From positions 9,300,001-9,364,000 of the forward strand of contig OZ004610.1 in the NCBI GenBank assembly GCA_963924565.1: a DNA stretch of 64,000 nt, given 5' to 3'. Below the pieces are notes generated by a model. The model ran no database searches, was not told where the DNA came from, and was given only the letters and a program-made list of their open reading frames with translations. Origin of the DNA: Ascidiella aspersa (lineage: Eukaryota). Both the position numbers and the translations under genes were made by a program. Positions within the stretch are counted from its first letter, which is position 1, and each line of letters opens with the position of its first letter. Positions 13,001 to 28,000 of this stretch are shown piece by piece.

Positions 13001-16000
13001 TATAAACGAACAGGCTTTGTGGGCGATTTGGGCGCCGGTCTAAATTCCGTTTATAAATTGGCGTGGGTTGTGGATTGCATGCTCGTACAAACATCGCCCA
13101 CTGTGATGTTTGCGTTTTCGGAAACGCGTACCAGTATGCGCCCACTATACCTATGCAGTGAGTAAAACGACAACCACAACTGCCATTTTTAAGCATGATG
13201 ATTCTAAATCAAGCGCTATAAACCACATTTTCTTTATCACCACTTTGCGTTTCTTATTGATCTTGGTCGAACAAGTCTGAAATTGGATATATACATATTT
13301 CTGCATGAAAAAGGTTCGTATTCGGTCATGACACTATGAAGTCCCCATTAAAGGTCGTTTCAGAAAATATATTTTTTCGCTAGTAAATAGATATGTATGT
13401 ATTCGATGGAACATCGTGAAAACATCCTTATTTGAAAAGGTTTAGTACCCTAATTTGTTCTACATTTGGTATTACAGCGAAGAGTCCATTTGTGGTTCTA
13501 ACAATTATATTTAAATTTCCCTGGCCTAATATAACTTTTTGGTTTCAGGTGTAATTTTTATTTAGTTTAAACCAAACTATTGACTTTCACAGTTTAAACA
13601 TTGTGATTTTTACACCAGGGTAAGGGTTTCAACGCAGCGGGTTCCCTGGCCTCGAATTACCGTGTTACATTGAACCCACCTGGAAGCGGATCGGTGTCGA
13701 TTCCATGCGCGGTCACCTTCATCGAGGACACTTCCATCTATTGCCGCGCGCCTTCGCAGGAGCTCACCAAGTACAAGAACACAAAGCTCAGTATCACGGT
13801 AGGTGTATGTCGCTACTATAGTTTGTATGGTTGAACACACCAATTTACAGCATGCATAGCGTCTATCATACACGATTATTTAGTCCAAACGCGAATTTAT
13901 ATTTATATGCAAACTTTCTTACAAAATGTATGCTAGTTTTGATTTAAGAACATGTATGGATCTCTTTAAAATGTAAGGTTAGCTAAGTAGAATCCAACGT
14001 TTTACGATACACCCTTTTAACTGTATTATGCCCATATTTTTTGTTATCTTTCCTTATCAAGAGATGAAGCTATCACAGGCGAACATACATAATTATTCAT
14101 TTTAACCAGAGGTTCTCATACTGACATCCGTACACCCCTTATTTCCAATTTAGTGCTAGACAAATATATTGGCCGGAGCAAAATGATATTATCAATTACG
14201 TTTTAACGATAATAAATCATAGTTAGATTGTGAACAGTATAGTTTGTATGATTTGAATTTTTTATGTAACATAGCAAGATGTTTCTTTTTTTTCGTGTTT
14301 TAAGAATTAACCTGGTTCGTCTATTCTTTTACAAAGCAAAGTGGTCTACCAAATTGAAACCACTGCTTTAAGCAACTGATTTTTTGTTTTGTTTTCGATA
14401 AAACAGAAAAATATAGTTCACAGACATAGCCTACTGTAGAATTAAGATAGATTGTATCGCATAAATCACATTCGGTAGCAACATCGAGGTTTCAATAACA
14501 GGTTACCACGGGAAACTGGACGCACACGACGCCCCAGGTGCTATACTGTCCAGCAGGGAGCATGCTCCCCCTCATCATCGCCATCCCTGTGGTGGTGGTC
14601 CTCATCCTGGTGATCGTCCTCCTATTGGTTCGTCATCGGCGTCGCACCAAGGAGCAGCAAAAGGAGCGAAAGATGATCCTCTGCAAGTTGGACGACCTTG
14701 AGAACAAGACCAGGGAGACGGCCAGAAACGGTTCGTGCTTTCCATTCAATAGTTTGGTTCCCCTATATGCTTGCTTTAAACGCCGGGATGAGATATTGCA
14801 AGCGTTAAAGTTTTGTAACATAAAATGCCATTTTTGATGAAGAAATTAATAAATACTTCTTGGAATACTTCGAGGTGCGCGATGAATTTTATCGTTTACT
14901 ATCCCCTGCTTTAAACACCAGGGTAGAGTATTGCAAGCGGTAAATTTTTGTATAACCAAAAAATGCCATTTTAATTTACGTTTACAAAATTAAAATAACA
15001 AAAAAAATTAACGAAAAAAGAAAAATATATCACGTTTCGTGTTTCAATTTAAAGTCGTATAGTTGGGTTACCCCCTATGCTTGCTTGCTTTAAACGCCGG
15101 GATGAGATATTGCGAGCGTTAAAGTTCGTATAACAAAAAATGCCATTTTAATTTGCGTTTATATGGTTGACAAAATAAAATACTGGCTAAAAAATTAATA
15201 ATGAAAGAAAAAAATGTGTGCTTAATATACTTTGAGGGGTGAGATAAATTTCATCGTTCACAAAAGTTTTATATAAATAGGGCTGTTATATTAATTTTTA
15301 CGAAACGTGGCATTTATATTCCGGTTGCTCACCGCGGCCAGTTTATTTGTTCAATGCCTAATCTCCCTTATAACCCCCCATTGAAGACGGCGGAGGAACT
15401 CATGTCGCAACGCGTTCTGGTAAACTTATGAGGCTTTTAGCCAGTTAATGATTCGCATTACAAAACGCTTTTCTTTTCTTTTCGGTTAATGTAGAAGTTT
15501 AATATTGAAAATCGCAATGTTTAAAACAGGTTTATCGCACCTTTTGGGTTCAGCCAACGCGGCGAACCAGCTATTGACCGGCCTATTACCCATTATTACT
15601 TTTTTGCGCTATTCATATATGTATATATATAGTCAATAGTCATATAAAATGAGTTTATGAAACAACGCAAAATCAAGACCAATAATGTAAGATCTTTGCC
15701 GCTTTCGGTTTGTGTGGCGCCCTAGAAACCTTGCCAAGCGCATCGGCACGTTTGATAATGTAATTCGACCTAACGGTGACCCATTTCTCTCTGACCGATT
15801 TACCAGCATATAGCCAACACCGCCCATCGACGTGACTAAAACTCTATTTCCTTTGTACAGCCTACTTCGAGCTGCAAGTGGGTTACATGACGAACCTCAC
15901 TGAGAACCTGTCGGACCGCATCACCTACCTGCCCGCCACCACCTACTTTACGCAGACGCTGTTCAACAAGACCGCCGGTCACCCGGTACAAGATAAAGCG

Positions 16001-19000
16001 GTGGGTTATTCGTGTGATACGCTTCCGCTTTGGCCCGGTGCCAAATTCACGAGTAAGCGTTGCCGTGTCGCGCGGTCGTGTGTTGTTGAAGACACCCCTG
16101 GCTGTGTTCCCGGCCCTGGCATGTTTTTAATCGATCTCGGGGGCCCCTGCCAAGGGCTGTTGGCCTGGCATCAACAAAATGAACTAGCTGCGTTTTACAG
16201 CTTAGCCTAACTTTCTGCACGTAATTCAAGAATCGAATACCTCCACAACTTCGATTGATTTCTTCACTGCCAAAAAATTAAGGTATAACCATATAGAAAA
16301 CAACTTTGTTGTTGGATGGTTAGGTTAAAAGCCGCCGAGGTCCCAGCTTGTTTTAAAAATACCTAAATTAACATGTATTAATTGTTCATAAAGCGTGTTG
16401 AAAGTATGAAAAACGATTCAAACATCACCTAATCTTCAATTGATTTCGTCACTGAAAAAAAAAACATGTATATTAAGATATAACCACATAGAAAAACAAA
16501 CGAACAAAGTTTGTTGAAGGGTACGACATGTACAAGTGTGAAATTCTGTGCTATTTAGGCGTATTTGTAAAGAGTGCGTAATTTACGAAAAGCAACAACA
16601 AAAAAACCATTAGTAAATTGACTGATTGCTTGCTTGTGTGTTGTAAGTATTGTTGAACTTACAATAATGTATTTATTGCATACATTCAACACGCAAGGTA
16701 TAAACACTGAGTTTAATTCCTATTACTACAATTTTATTTCACTTCCGTCGACCATACAGGGGGTACGAGAAAATTTCATGAAAGCTCAAAGGGTAGGAGC
16801 ACTAAAAAGGTTAAAAACGCTGGTCTTAACAATCGAAAGGCCAAAAGTCTATCCTTTTGACCACATGCATTGTTGAAATGCATACTCGTTTCTTGCGGTT
16901 TTCCATCCATTCACACCCACGCTGTTTCTTTCGCCACAGTTTCCGGAGCTATAGGCTGGAGAGCATATGCTGAGGGCGTTGGTCGATTTGTGGGTCCCAC
17001 GACCATTGGTGTTAGAGAAAAGGGGTAAATGTGTAGTGCGGTTGCTTCACATTTCGTTCAACTGCACCACGAACAAAATATATGTTAATTGGAATTCGAC
17101 GAAAACCGCATACAATATACAGTATTACTGAGACCGAAATTTAAAACGACCTTACGTATTTCCTTTGATAAAATGACGTTACCTATTTTTTTTTTATATA
17201 AATATCTTAATTTATGTATTTGGCTTTTTCTTTTTTTTTCGCACTTATAATATTTGAAAATCGATTATAGCCAATATTAAAAAAAACATACAAACGAACG
17301 ACAGGCAGCTTTTTCGTTATTATTTTAACGTTAACTGATTGTATTTTAAAATGCTACTGCTGCATAGGCATTGAAGTGCGAATCAGTGAGCACATTGGAC
17401 GCTCTCAACGAACTTATGACCCTGCTGAAAAAGAAGGACTTCGTAATTACGCTCATCACAACCCTGGAGGACCAACGTAGATTCACAGTTCAAGACAAGT
17501 AAGACGATTTTTTTACGATTGTCTAACTCAGGCGTGGACAACCTTTTCTTGTCGCGGGCCAAAACCAAACTCAGAACGATCTCTTAAATTTTAACTGCAT
17601 AGACTTTACGCATTTTATGATAACAACCGCAACGACTGTAAATCAGGGATATAACTTGGGCATTTTGCAATTAAAAAGGAGTCTAACTATGTTACATTTG
17701 ACACAGAAACAAGATTTGCGCAAAATTAAGAAAATGTTGCTTTTACATAGTTGATACAGCCAAAAAATATGAGGAATTGCCACGTACCCAGTTTGTAAAA
17801 TAGGTTGCGGGCCGGATGATCTACTCTGGCGGGCCGGATCTTGCCAACCCCTGGTCTAACAGCACACCCTTTGGACTGTTAATTAATCGTATCTAATTGT
17901 CTTAAAATGACCAAGAATAATTGGTAGAAGTTTGAGTAGCAAAAAAGCAGCCAATAATTCCTAAAGCTTTTAGGTGATATAGAACTGTCGACTTAACCAT
18001 TAGTTTTTAACGCTGTATAGGCTTACTTGTTTGCCCAACAAAAACCTTATCTGTTCCAAATAGAATGCCAAAAATGGATATTTATAACCTCGCCCCAGTG
18101 CAAACGGTAAGCGCTGTATTCAATTTTACTGAACCAGTGTGTATCTTTCGTAACTATAAGTGACCGTGCTCATTGCATTTTAATCCGTGTTTTTGATTTG
18201 CAGAGGCAGCGTCGCTTCCTTACTTACCGTGTGCCTTCTCTCTGATTTGCCATATTACACAAAGTACGTTGCGTTTGTCTGTTTTATCGCATTTTAGCTT
18301 CCTGAAAAAAGTGACATCGTATTTTTTTAGGATAATGTTGGAACTGCTTTCGCAGCTGATAGAGAAACACGTCGCCAAAAACCCCAAGTTACTTCTAAGA
18401 AGGTAAGACAAATCCTTATGGTTGAGTTGTTTATAGGTCATACCAAATCAGTTAAATATGTTCTAATAACAGTTAAGGTCGGCTAGCGTACTTTGAAATA
18501 GAACTATTGGTATTTTTAGATGTATAGTCTTGTTAAAATACGCAAATTTTATAGCAAAATATATTTTTTGTAACAAACAATGGCAAGACTAACTTGGATA
18601 TATTTAGCGTTCCTTTGTATTTATATGAAGGACAATGGATTTTGAAAAGCAGAAATGTATTTTAGTGCATACCCCTAATGAAGCAAATTAAAAAAACACA
18701 ACATATTTGAATCATAGAGGGTATTTATAAGTTGTGATTTTAATTAAATCGCTGACGCTGAGTAATACAAAATCTTAGATACATGGCAACCCATTAAAAA
18801 TAATTAGGATCGCATCCGAAAAACCAAGATATTTAAATTGTATTCACTGTATTAGGAGTTAGTAACTTGCTCATTTCATAGCATTACGTGTTATTGGTCT
18901 GTTATTGCAGATCTGAGTCAGTGGTGGAGAAGATGGTTTCACATTGGCTCTCGATCACTCTTTACGACGATTGCATCACGGTAAATTAGTCTTTAATATG

Positions 19001-22000
19001 TGGGCTATACCACAATTTGTTTTTTCTTTGTTTTTTAAAAGCGGTTATTTCACAATCTCCTCGCTGTTAAACATGGTATTCAGGTAATTAGGATTCCTAG
19101 CTTTCTAAAACAAAGCTTGAATATTTTAGAAGAATGTTTATTTGTTGAACTAGACTCATGACACTAACTCGTCACCGTCTTTATTTATGCCCCTAATAAA
19201 GTCACACATCCTGTTGCCGTATGTCGTTGACCAGTGACGATTCCCGCGTAATTTATTAAACACGTCGATGACGTAGAATACCAACCGCAGACAACTAAAT
19301 AAAAAAAACTCTAAAAACACCCGGCCTGTGAACTATTAAACCTGACTTAGTCCTTTGTAATCACTGGATTTCGATATTTCGTCAGGATAACGCCGGAAAG
19401 CCCATCTTTCTACTGACAAAGGCTATTCACTATTTGGTGAACAGTGCCCCCTGTGACGTAATTGCCAACAAGGCGATGAACAGCTTGAACGAAATGACGC
19501 TGCTGGGTTCGGAAGTTCCCCATGATCCTGTGGTAGGTGTTTTTGTTCAAAAGTTCATGAGGTGACAGAAATAAACCGCCTGGAAGTGAGACTGCGTTGG
19601 TTTGTTTTTAACGAATAGAACGAGCCCATGCTGTTGGGTCTTCAGAGTATAATGTAGGATGCAGTGCCATTGCATTTAGTAATTTCCCGGAAACCGCGTG
19701 ATTTTCTAAAACCGTATTCGCTCTCACTGTAATTAAACTGTAAAAAAAATTCCATCGAAATTGAATATTAAAATGTTAATAGTATCAACATTAAAAATAG
19801 CTAATGGTACTTGAAATTAGTAAACATTAGGCACGATCACATAACGAAGTAACATTTTAAATTCTGGCATACGTGTTAAAATCGATTTTGTGAGATTCGT
19901 TTTTAAAGGGTTTAGCGAAAGGTCACCCAAGTACACGTCCTAATTAATGTTCGGGCATTCCATTAGCCCAACGGCAGGTTGTGCAATCGATTTAAGATCA
20001 AATGTCGCCGTAAAAAAGTCGGTGTCGCGAGTGGTTTTTAACTTTGTTTGATCGGAAAAACCACAACTGGACGAAATTTGATTTCTCCCTTTCGTGGCGG
20101 CTTTAAAGGTTGACGCGTAAAAATCTATAACAACCAGGAAGTTACGCAACTTTGGACTGCCTAAATATTGACAATTGTACTATTTACATTTAGGTATACT
20201 TTTATGTTTAGGTTAGCACCACAATATAACAACCACTAACCAGTATAGGTGTGCGTTTTTTTCAAATAAAAGGTAATTATTATTAACGGGGTTCAAATCA
20301 CGACTGACAAAAAACTAATCTAAATAGTTCGCAGTTTATATTTAGTTCAATATTTTGTACTATTAGACAAATCTAATGCAATCGAGAAGTTTTGTATACA
20401 AAACTGTTTCTCCATGTAGTGGTTTGAAACAACAACAAGCTTTAAAAATTGCTACTGCGGAATAGTGAAAAATAGGCCAACAAAAACATTGAATGATGTA
20501 CACACATATGTGTGTTAACGACTGTGATCTAGCCCTTCTGAAGCTGCTTTTTGACCAACAGCAAAGCCATGGCCGACTCCACCATGCTTGCACCATTCAT
20601 CGACGGATTCTTCTGTGATGGCTTTCGCTATACCAACAAAAACAATTCATAAAAGCATCTATTTTACTAAATACCCAAATGACACGTCCGACTTCATTTA
20701 TAGATTCTTCACGCGTCCATCGAAGAGAGCGCCTACGAGAACCTGAGGTCAAGCGTAGACGTCAAAGTGATCAGCGTGGACACGATCACCCAAGCCAAGA
20801 CCAAGGTCATCGAGGCCGTGTACAAAGACCGACCCTACAGCGAGTGCCCCAAGCCCGATGACCTTGAGTTCGGTAAGCTTTGTTACGTTCAGAGCTGCCC
20901 AGCTTATGTGTGTACACTGCTGTTGCAGAACTGAAATAAACTAGAATGTTGGTAGGGCGACGGTCCCGGTGTGACCGGAGGTCGTGGTGAGTTCGAACTT
21001 TACTGCAAGCTAGTTGTTTTTCTAGCCTGCCTTGCTTGGCGCACTGATTCGTTTAGACTGTGATGGCTTTCCGGGGTCATAAACTGATGGACTTTTTGAG
21101 TTTAAAGCGCCTTTGAGGTGGATTTAAGGTGACGATTAGTTCTTTACACTTGGTATTGTCCTTTAAACTTAACTGTACAAAAATGATGGATACTCAATAA
21201 TAAATCAACTCTAAAAATTTTTTACTTGTGGTTAAATAGTGAAAATACACCAAAAATGGTATTAATAACTGTATGTGTGGATGTTTCGAATAAAATTCGA
21301 TCAGATTGAATCGTTGATAAAAAGTGGCAAACGTTAGCAAAATTTTTTCAAAAGAAAATCCAATAACTTTGGTTTTCGGTTATTTGAAAGGCTGCAAGGT
21401 AATTTTGATATAGGAAACTTGTTTTTGATTGGCAGTGACATATTTTTGATCGCCAAATATGGTCAATCGGTCGCACCTTGCCAGTAGGGTGACATCACTA
21501 GGTCATATAGGGTCTTTGAACTCAATGAATTGAGCAATGTACGACCCACAATCCTTCGATTAATTGACAGTTTTAAAATCTTGATCTTGATTGTAGCAGT
21601 TATAGAAAATCTTAGTTTCTAAAAAAAGGAGGCATTCGGTACTATACAGCGCAATCAATATTTTTAAACGAGTGCCTATAGTTAGCAAATGGATGATCGC
21701 CGCGAAATGTCACGCGGCCTTGAGGTGTTGATTGCGTCAAGGACTCATGACTTTGTCGCTTCATGCCTTTTTTAGACAAATATTCCGTTTTTTCTGCAGT
21801 GTATCTTAGCCCCAGCAATCCGACAGACGGCATTATCCTGTCCGACGTCGATTCCACGTCGGAACATGACGGACATTACACGAAGATCAACACGTTAAAG
21901 CATTACAACGTAAGCTGAGCGTATAGCCGTTGTCGCATATACGTATTTCCTCAAATTTAAGTCACGCAAGTCTTCCCATTACTTGAATACCGCGATGTTT

Positions 22001-25000
22001 GACTGGGAGGAAGCTGACTTTTATCAAATCGCAAATCATTAGTCGTTAAAACGTTTTTGTTTGTGTTTTGCTTTGGCAAGTATTGCCAGCAATCCCCTTA
22101 TACTTAAATTATTTTATTATATTATTGCAGTTCATAAAGCTATATCTTCAAGGGGGTTTTATTTCGTTTGAACTCTGACTGTTCAGTATTAGCCTAACGA
22201 TTATGCTTTATTTTGTGGCGAAATATATTTCCCTCAAGAACTTAAAAATTACCTTTATTTGGTTGACACAGAAAAGTACAGAGAATATTCTTCAATTTGT
22301 AGTCCTTTAACTGTGAGGGCGATTATATTTTTCTCTTTTTGCACTCTCAGTTTGCCATTGTTGAGTACTAAGTTTGTACTTTCGATCACTATTTGTCATA
22401 CGATACGATAAAGGACAATATAAAATCAAAAACAAATCTGAGGTACTGTCGATTGGACGCAACACCAGCGACCATTAAAACAATACTAGTTCATATGGAC
22501 ACTGTACAGGGCTAACCGGCTTTGTCCTAGCAGTTCCAGGTAAACGCGAATATGACAATATCCATATTTTGGCATGCGACAACACTAAAATACCTTGCCG
22601 TTGTTAACGAAGATTTAACGGCAATCGTGCTTTCCGAATCGCGACACGTTAACTTGATTGCTGTTTACCGGTGTACGTCATGCTAATGGCTCAGGTAAAC
22701 CCGATCTCCGTTAGATGCAGTGCAATATACTTTTCGCCCTTTGTCGTGAATTCTTGTTGGCGAAGTTTGTGTACTTTGGGGTTAATGTTAGTGTTTACTC
22801 TTGAAGTTTAAATATTTTGCGTTTTTTCATAGGTACCCAACGATGCAATTGTCATGCTGCGACCGCCCAGCGAAGAAATACCAGGTGAGCATTGCTCTTA
22901 CCTAGTTTTGTTTGTGTATGTTTGAGTTATAACCAACGATATATGTCTTCATTCAAGTCTAAACAGCTAAACAACAATAATTTGTCACACCACCATATTA
23001 AACGATATAAAGATCGAACACCCATGGAGACCACATGTCACTTTACGTTCAAGACATGTTCTCATTTACTTGATAAAATGACAATAAACCTAACACCCGC
23101 AATAGCTAAAAGTAAAAAAGGTATTTTACAAAACAGCAAACTGAGCACACGAACCAATCAAAGAAACAGCAGCAGCTTCACAAAAATGACCTTAGCAAGG
23201 CGAAACGTTTTACCTTGCAATAAAACGTGATTGAGTGACTTCATCGCAATACTACTGCAGTCATGTCATTTATTTTCGCTTAGTCGATCACGCCCAGACA
23301 ACTCGTTGCACCGCTTTACATCATTTACCGTGGTGCGCTTAAATTCAAATGCGCCAACCCGTGACGGGCTTTTAGCTGGGGCGCGAAAATGTGTGACGTC
23401 ACGCCTTAATTGCGCAGAAGACCGGATGCGCGCTTTTGCGCAGTATCGAGGGTCAGACGGGTTCATGCTGTTGTATGGTCGAAGCATTTTTAATCTATAA
23501 CAAGATGATTCCGGCCGCCGAATGTTTTTGGCAAGCCATAACTAGCCCGATTAATTCGAAAATAATTAGCGTAACCAGTCTATGCTTTTCTTCCGCCCTT
23601 TTTGTTTCCCTGCTTGCAACGGGTTTAACATTTTTTCACCATACATCTGTCCATTTTACGCGTTTCCTATATAATGCATTTATTTGGTATAGGTTCTGTT
23701 TTGACTCATCGTTGTAAAATGGTAACCCACGCATCTTGTACTAACTTTAGCACAGGGATTTAATGTGGTAAACGTGTAGGTGGTTTGCCAGTATTCAAAG
23801 CGTATGACACCTAAACCTGCAACGATAAGTCACGCGAGCGTACCGTAAAACATTCGAGTTATTCTGAAAGCGCAAACTTTAATAAAGACACAATTCAAAA
23901 GAAAAACGAACACAACAATACTTTGAAAGGATATTAAACTTTTAGATGCACAATCGTAACATGTCATGTAGATCAATTAAATCTTTATCGTTGAGAAAAA
24001 TCCCAAACCGCATACAGTTGCCATTTTTACAGCAAACCCATATTGCCAAGTCAAACATTATGCCCGGGACAAGGCACACCCCCTTACACACGCACATACA
24101 TACAATTACATGCACCTATTTACCAATCTACACACACACACAAACACAAACTCAACAAAATCCGATAAAAACTTTTATCTTCGCCTTTCTTCATCCATCC
24201 AATCCACCCGAAGACGACGAGCGCGATAGGGGGAGTTTCGCGCAGTTCCTGGAGCGCGGTTTCAGCTTCGACGTCCACCTGCCCCCCACCAGCCCCCGAA
24301 GCCCCTCGGTGCAAGACAGCTCCGTGTTTTTCGCCGGTCCGTATCCTATAGTGCTCCGCGCACGCGCGCACATTTGCATGAGTTGCGATCGATCGCAAAG
24401 ACGCGGACCAGCCGTGTTGTATATAATTCGCATGTGTTTTTGATTCGGCAGTTTGGCGAACTCGCTCTTTTGCAGTTTTTTTTTTTTGTAATTTGATGCA
24501 AGAGTTTGCAGTAGATACCAAGTTGCATTGGTTACAATTTTGGGCATGTCTGATAACATTGGATGGAAACCGAACCCGGATCCGGATCCCAAATACCAGC
24601 CGGCGTTATCGTAATCGTACAAAACTAAGTTTCTAACAAAAATCCAGTATTAACAATTAATGTTAACTTGGCTTCCTAACGGTCAAGCAATTGTTTGCAA
24701 AATAACCTGGTTGACATAGCCTTTTTAGTTTTAATTTCAGTAGCTCGGTTTAATAACGCCATGTTTTGCCAGATCCGCTATGGGTAGCACAAAATCACCA
24801 AATATCATCCTAGTTACAATTATGCTGTAGTGGCTGTAAACTTTTTTTCAATTGTTCGCAAACATCGTTCGCTAATCAAAGGCAATTAATTACGCAATGG
24901 ACAATCAATAATTGACAAAAAAGCATTCACCAAGTAAACGTATTGTGAAATCAGTGTTGTAAACAAGTCATTTTGAAATGACTAAAGTCCTAGTCAAGTC

Positions 25001-28000
25001 ATTTGACTCAATGACTTAAGTCTCAGTCAAGTCATTTTGCTTAATGACTGAAGTTCAAGTCAAGTCATTTGTCTAAAAGACTTAAGTAAAGGGAAGTCAC
25101 AGAGACAAATAAATAGTAGCACTGTGCATGCTGTGTGGCGTCTGCCAACTTTACCTAGGTCACCACCCTGGTGCCAGACAATGCGGTAACCGAAACAAGA
25201 CCACTGATACTGTTTCGCCAAAATTACGTGCACGCTTTCTAAATGCATTTCCGCCCCGTCACGAATTTTCGAGGAAATGTGCCGCGCCATGCTGCCATAT
25301 TACCGCGCTGCCGCAAATTTTACAATTTAACACAGCGACGCAAATCGGGGTTTCGTGATTGCTCTTGATGGCGTTATGCCAACAACATTGCGCTCCTGTT
25401 CTTTTAGCGTGGTCTCACAACGTATTTTATTTTTTTTGCAGCCTCCCCAGATTCGAAATCTCCACTACTTACCCCAGGACGACGAATTTATCACTTGGTA
25501 AGTAAATGAAATTGTTATTTTTGGGCCATGTAAAATTCTTAGGGTAAAATTCTCTCTAAATTCCGCTAGGGGGCCCCCTTTTTCAAGGGGGCTTTAAACA
25601 TTTTGAAAAATAATAAATAAGATTGCCATTGTATTTGTATCAGTCTAACTACCGGTTACTGTATAAACCAGTTTTTGAATTGAAATGACGTTTTTATTTT
25701 TTTTAAAATAGTTAAAAAAAATAGGGGGGCCATTAATTTCTCAAAATTTTCAAAGGGGGCCACGGTGTAAATAAGGTTGGGAACCCCTGTTCTAAAAAGC
25801 GCCTTTTATTTTTCCGTACAGTATATTCAAATAAATAATTGAAAATAATTACAAATATGTGTACTGCTGTTATTAAACATTCCAATTGACGTGCAGAACC
25901 GCTGCATATAGGTTACCGAATCCGTTTGGTTTCCCAAATGTATTCCTGTTCGCGTATCAATTGCTTGCAATCGATTGAACAACGAATTAGTGCCGTCTTT
26001 TCCCGCCGCTTCTTAGTGACAGACGTCGCCGGACGTTTAGAAATCGAGTACGCCAAATCAATATTTCGGTAAGAAATTAAACGAAAGCGTTCGTTTGATT
26101 TGAGAGACGCCCATTGAAATGTCGAGTCAAAAGCGACAAATGTTGGCGTCACATTAAAACACAATTGTTTAGACTTTTTATATTAATATATATTCAAGTC
26201 GCCCCTTTTTGCGCCCCTAGAAAAAAATTATCTGGAATTAATACAATTTTAGTGGTTACGCCAGCCTACAACATATCCAGCCGAAGAACTTTGGGACATT
26301 TTGCTTGGTCTCCATGACTTGACTATACTATACGTATGGCTAAGCCGTACACACTTTTACATAAAGCACATATGCTGAGTATTTTTTGTATATTCAAGTG
26401 GTCCTTGAATCCTCCGTCTTTAGATCCACCCGCGTGATGACGACTCGGCCAACGGCTTCACTGAAACGGATGAGAACCAGAGCGGTGGACGGAAGACCAA
26501 GGCGCTCATCGACAACCTGATGAACCGACCCTTCCAGGAAATGTACCTCACCAGGATGGTCCGCTCCAAGGTAGAAACCATTATACATTGTATATTTTAA
26601 ATTGGGAGAATTTGTGTTGCTGATCCATAACAGCGTCTAAGGCTTGGAGTTGGGACACGCATTTTACTATGCTGATTGTGCGTGTCTCAAGAGCGAAAAT
26701 GTATGCCGTTTTTAGAGCATAATGGTTGGATGTTGTAGTAGGACTCAATAAGAATATAAAAGCCCATACAAAAGTAGGTATCATTTTGAACGTTTCGAAA
26801 AACTCTTTATTCATTTTCAACATAGAGCTATATATACCTACTTCTGTATGGGCTTTGATATTCTTATTATGCCGTTTTTGTTCGGTGCGATCGAATCAGA
26901 TTTCAAGTTGACCAGAGTTGTATTTTTTATTGTTTGACAAACCGGGCACTTTTTGGCAAACAACATTCAACGTTAACCAACAGCTGTAGTAACTTCACGG
27001 CGCTCGGTGATGCACGTAAATGATGACAAATAGGAATTTATTCATAGAAAATAGTAGCACACCGCAACGAAAATTATTTTCGGTTACTTTTTCTTTCCTT
27101 GGTTAATTGATAGTAGGTTTCCCGCTCAAAGGTCACTAAAGCGTCGTATATATGTAACTTTTCTGGTGCATGTTCTAACCCTAAATAATAATTCCAGTTA
27201 TCATCGACCCACCTGACGCTAGGGCAGGCATGGCGACAACCTTTTTAGCTTGGTGTTTTACCTCTCTGCAAGTTTTATTATCCCTGTTGGTAATTGTGTT
27301 TTTTGGCTTTCTGCATTCAGCACTCGTATCTCGGAGACAATTCCCTGTGCTTGATTGCGCAAAATCCATGTGCAGAAATGTGTTATCATGCAAATGGGGA
27401 GCACCAAATAACGTTAACAAAGCGACCCACAAAGCACAAAGCACTCAGTTACTTGCCTAAAAACGCATTGCTTTTGTTCGTTGCGACATGGTACAAAAAA
27501 AAAAATGATGGCAAGGTAATACAAACACTTAGTGAAATACTTTATACTTTCATAAAGAATACAATTATACCTCGGATTTGAAACAAGGTAGATTTACTGG
27601 AATGTGTGATAGGTCAATTTGTGACCTGCGAGCCTAGTGTATGGCAGGGGTAAAGCAGACATGGAAACACTGTATGAAAAAAAAACGTGCAAGCGCATGC
27701 AGTACTGGACCCACTGACGCCCGCTTTCCTTCACAGACTACTTTGCAGCAGTACGTCGACGACGTCTTTCGCGCCATCCTGTGTCCGAAGCCGCTGCCGA
27801 CGCCGGTTCGCTACTTCTTCCAGTTTCTGGATCGCGAGGCGGAAAAGCACAGAGTGAACGAGGCGGAAGTCATTCACATCTGGAAGACCAACAGGTAAAC
27901 AGACCCGCGCTATACTGCTGTTGTTGCTTGTTGCCGGGTTTTGAGAAAGGCGTTCAATCGGGCACCAATCGAGTCGGCATTTTGTACTAGCAATATGCCA

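Noticed and set aside
22531-22539. 9-nt micro-exon CAGTTCCAG (gctaac...tttgtcctag | gtaaac)
   Set aside because: In frame, but it would insert QFQ into the conserved HYN-VPND motif of the RBD. Could be chance; needs RNA evidence.
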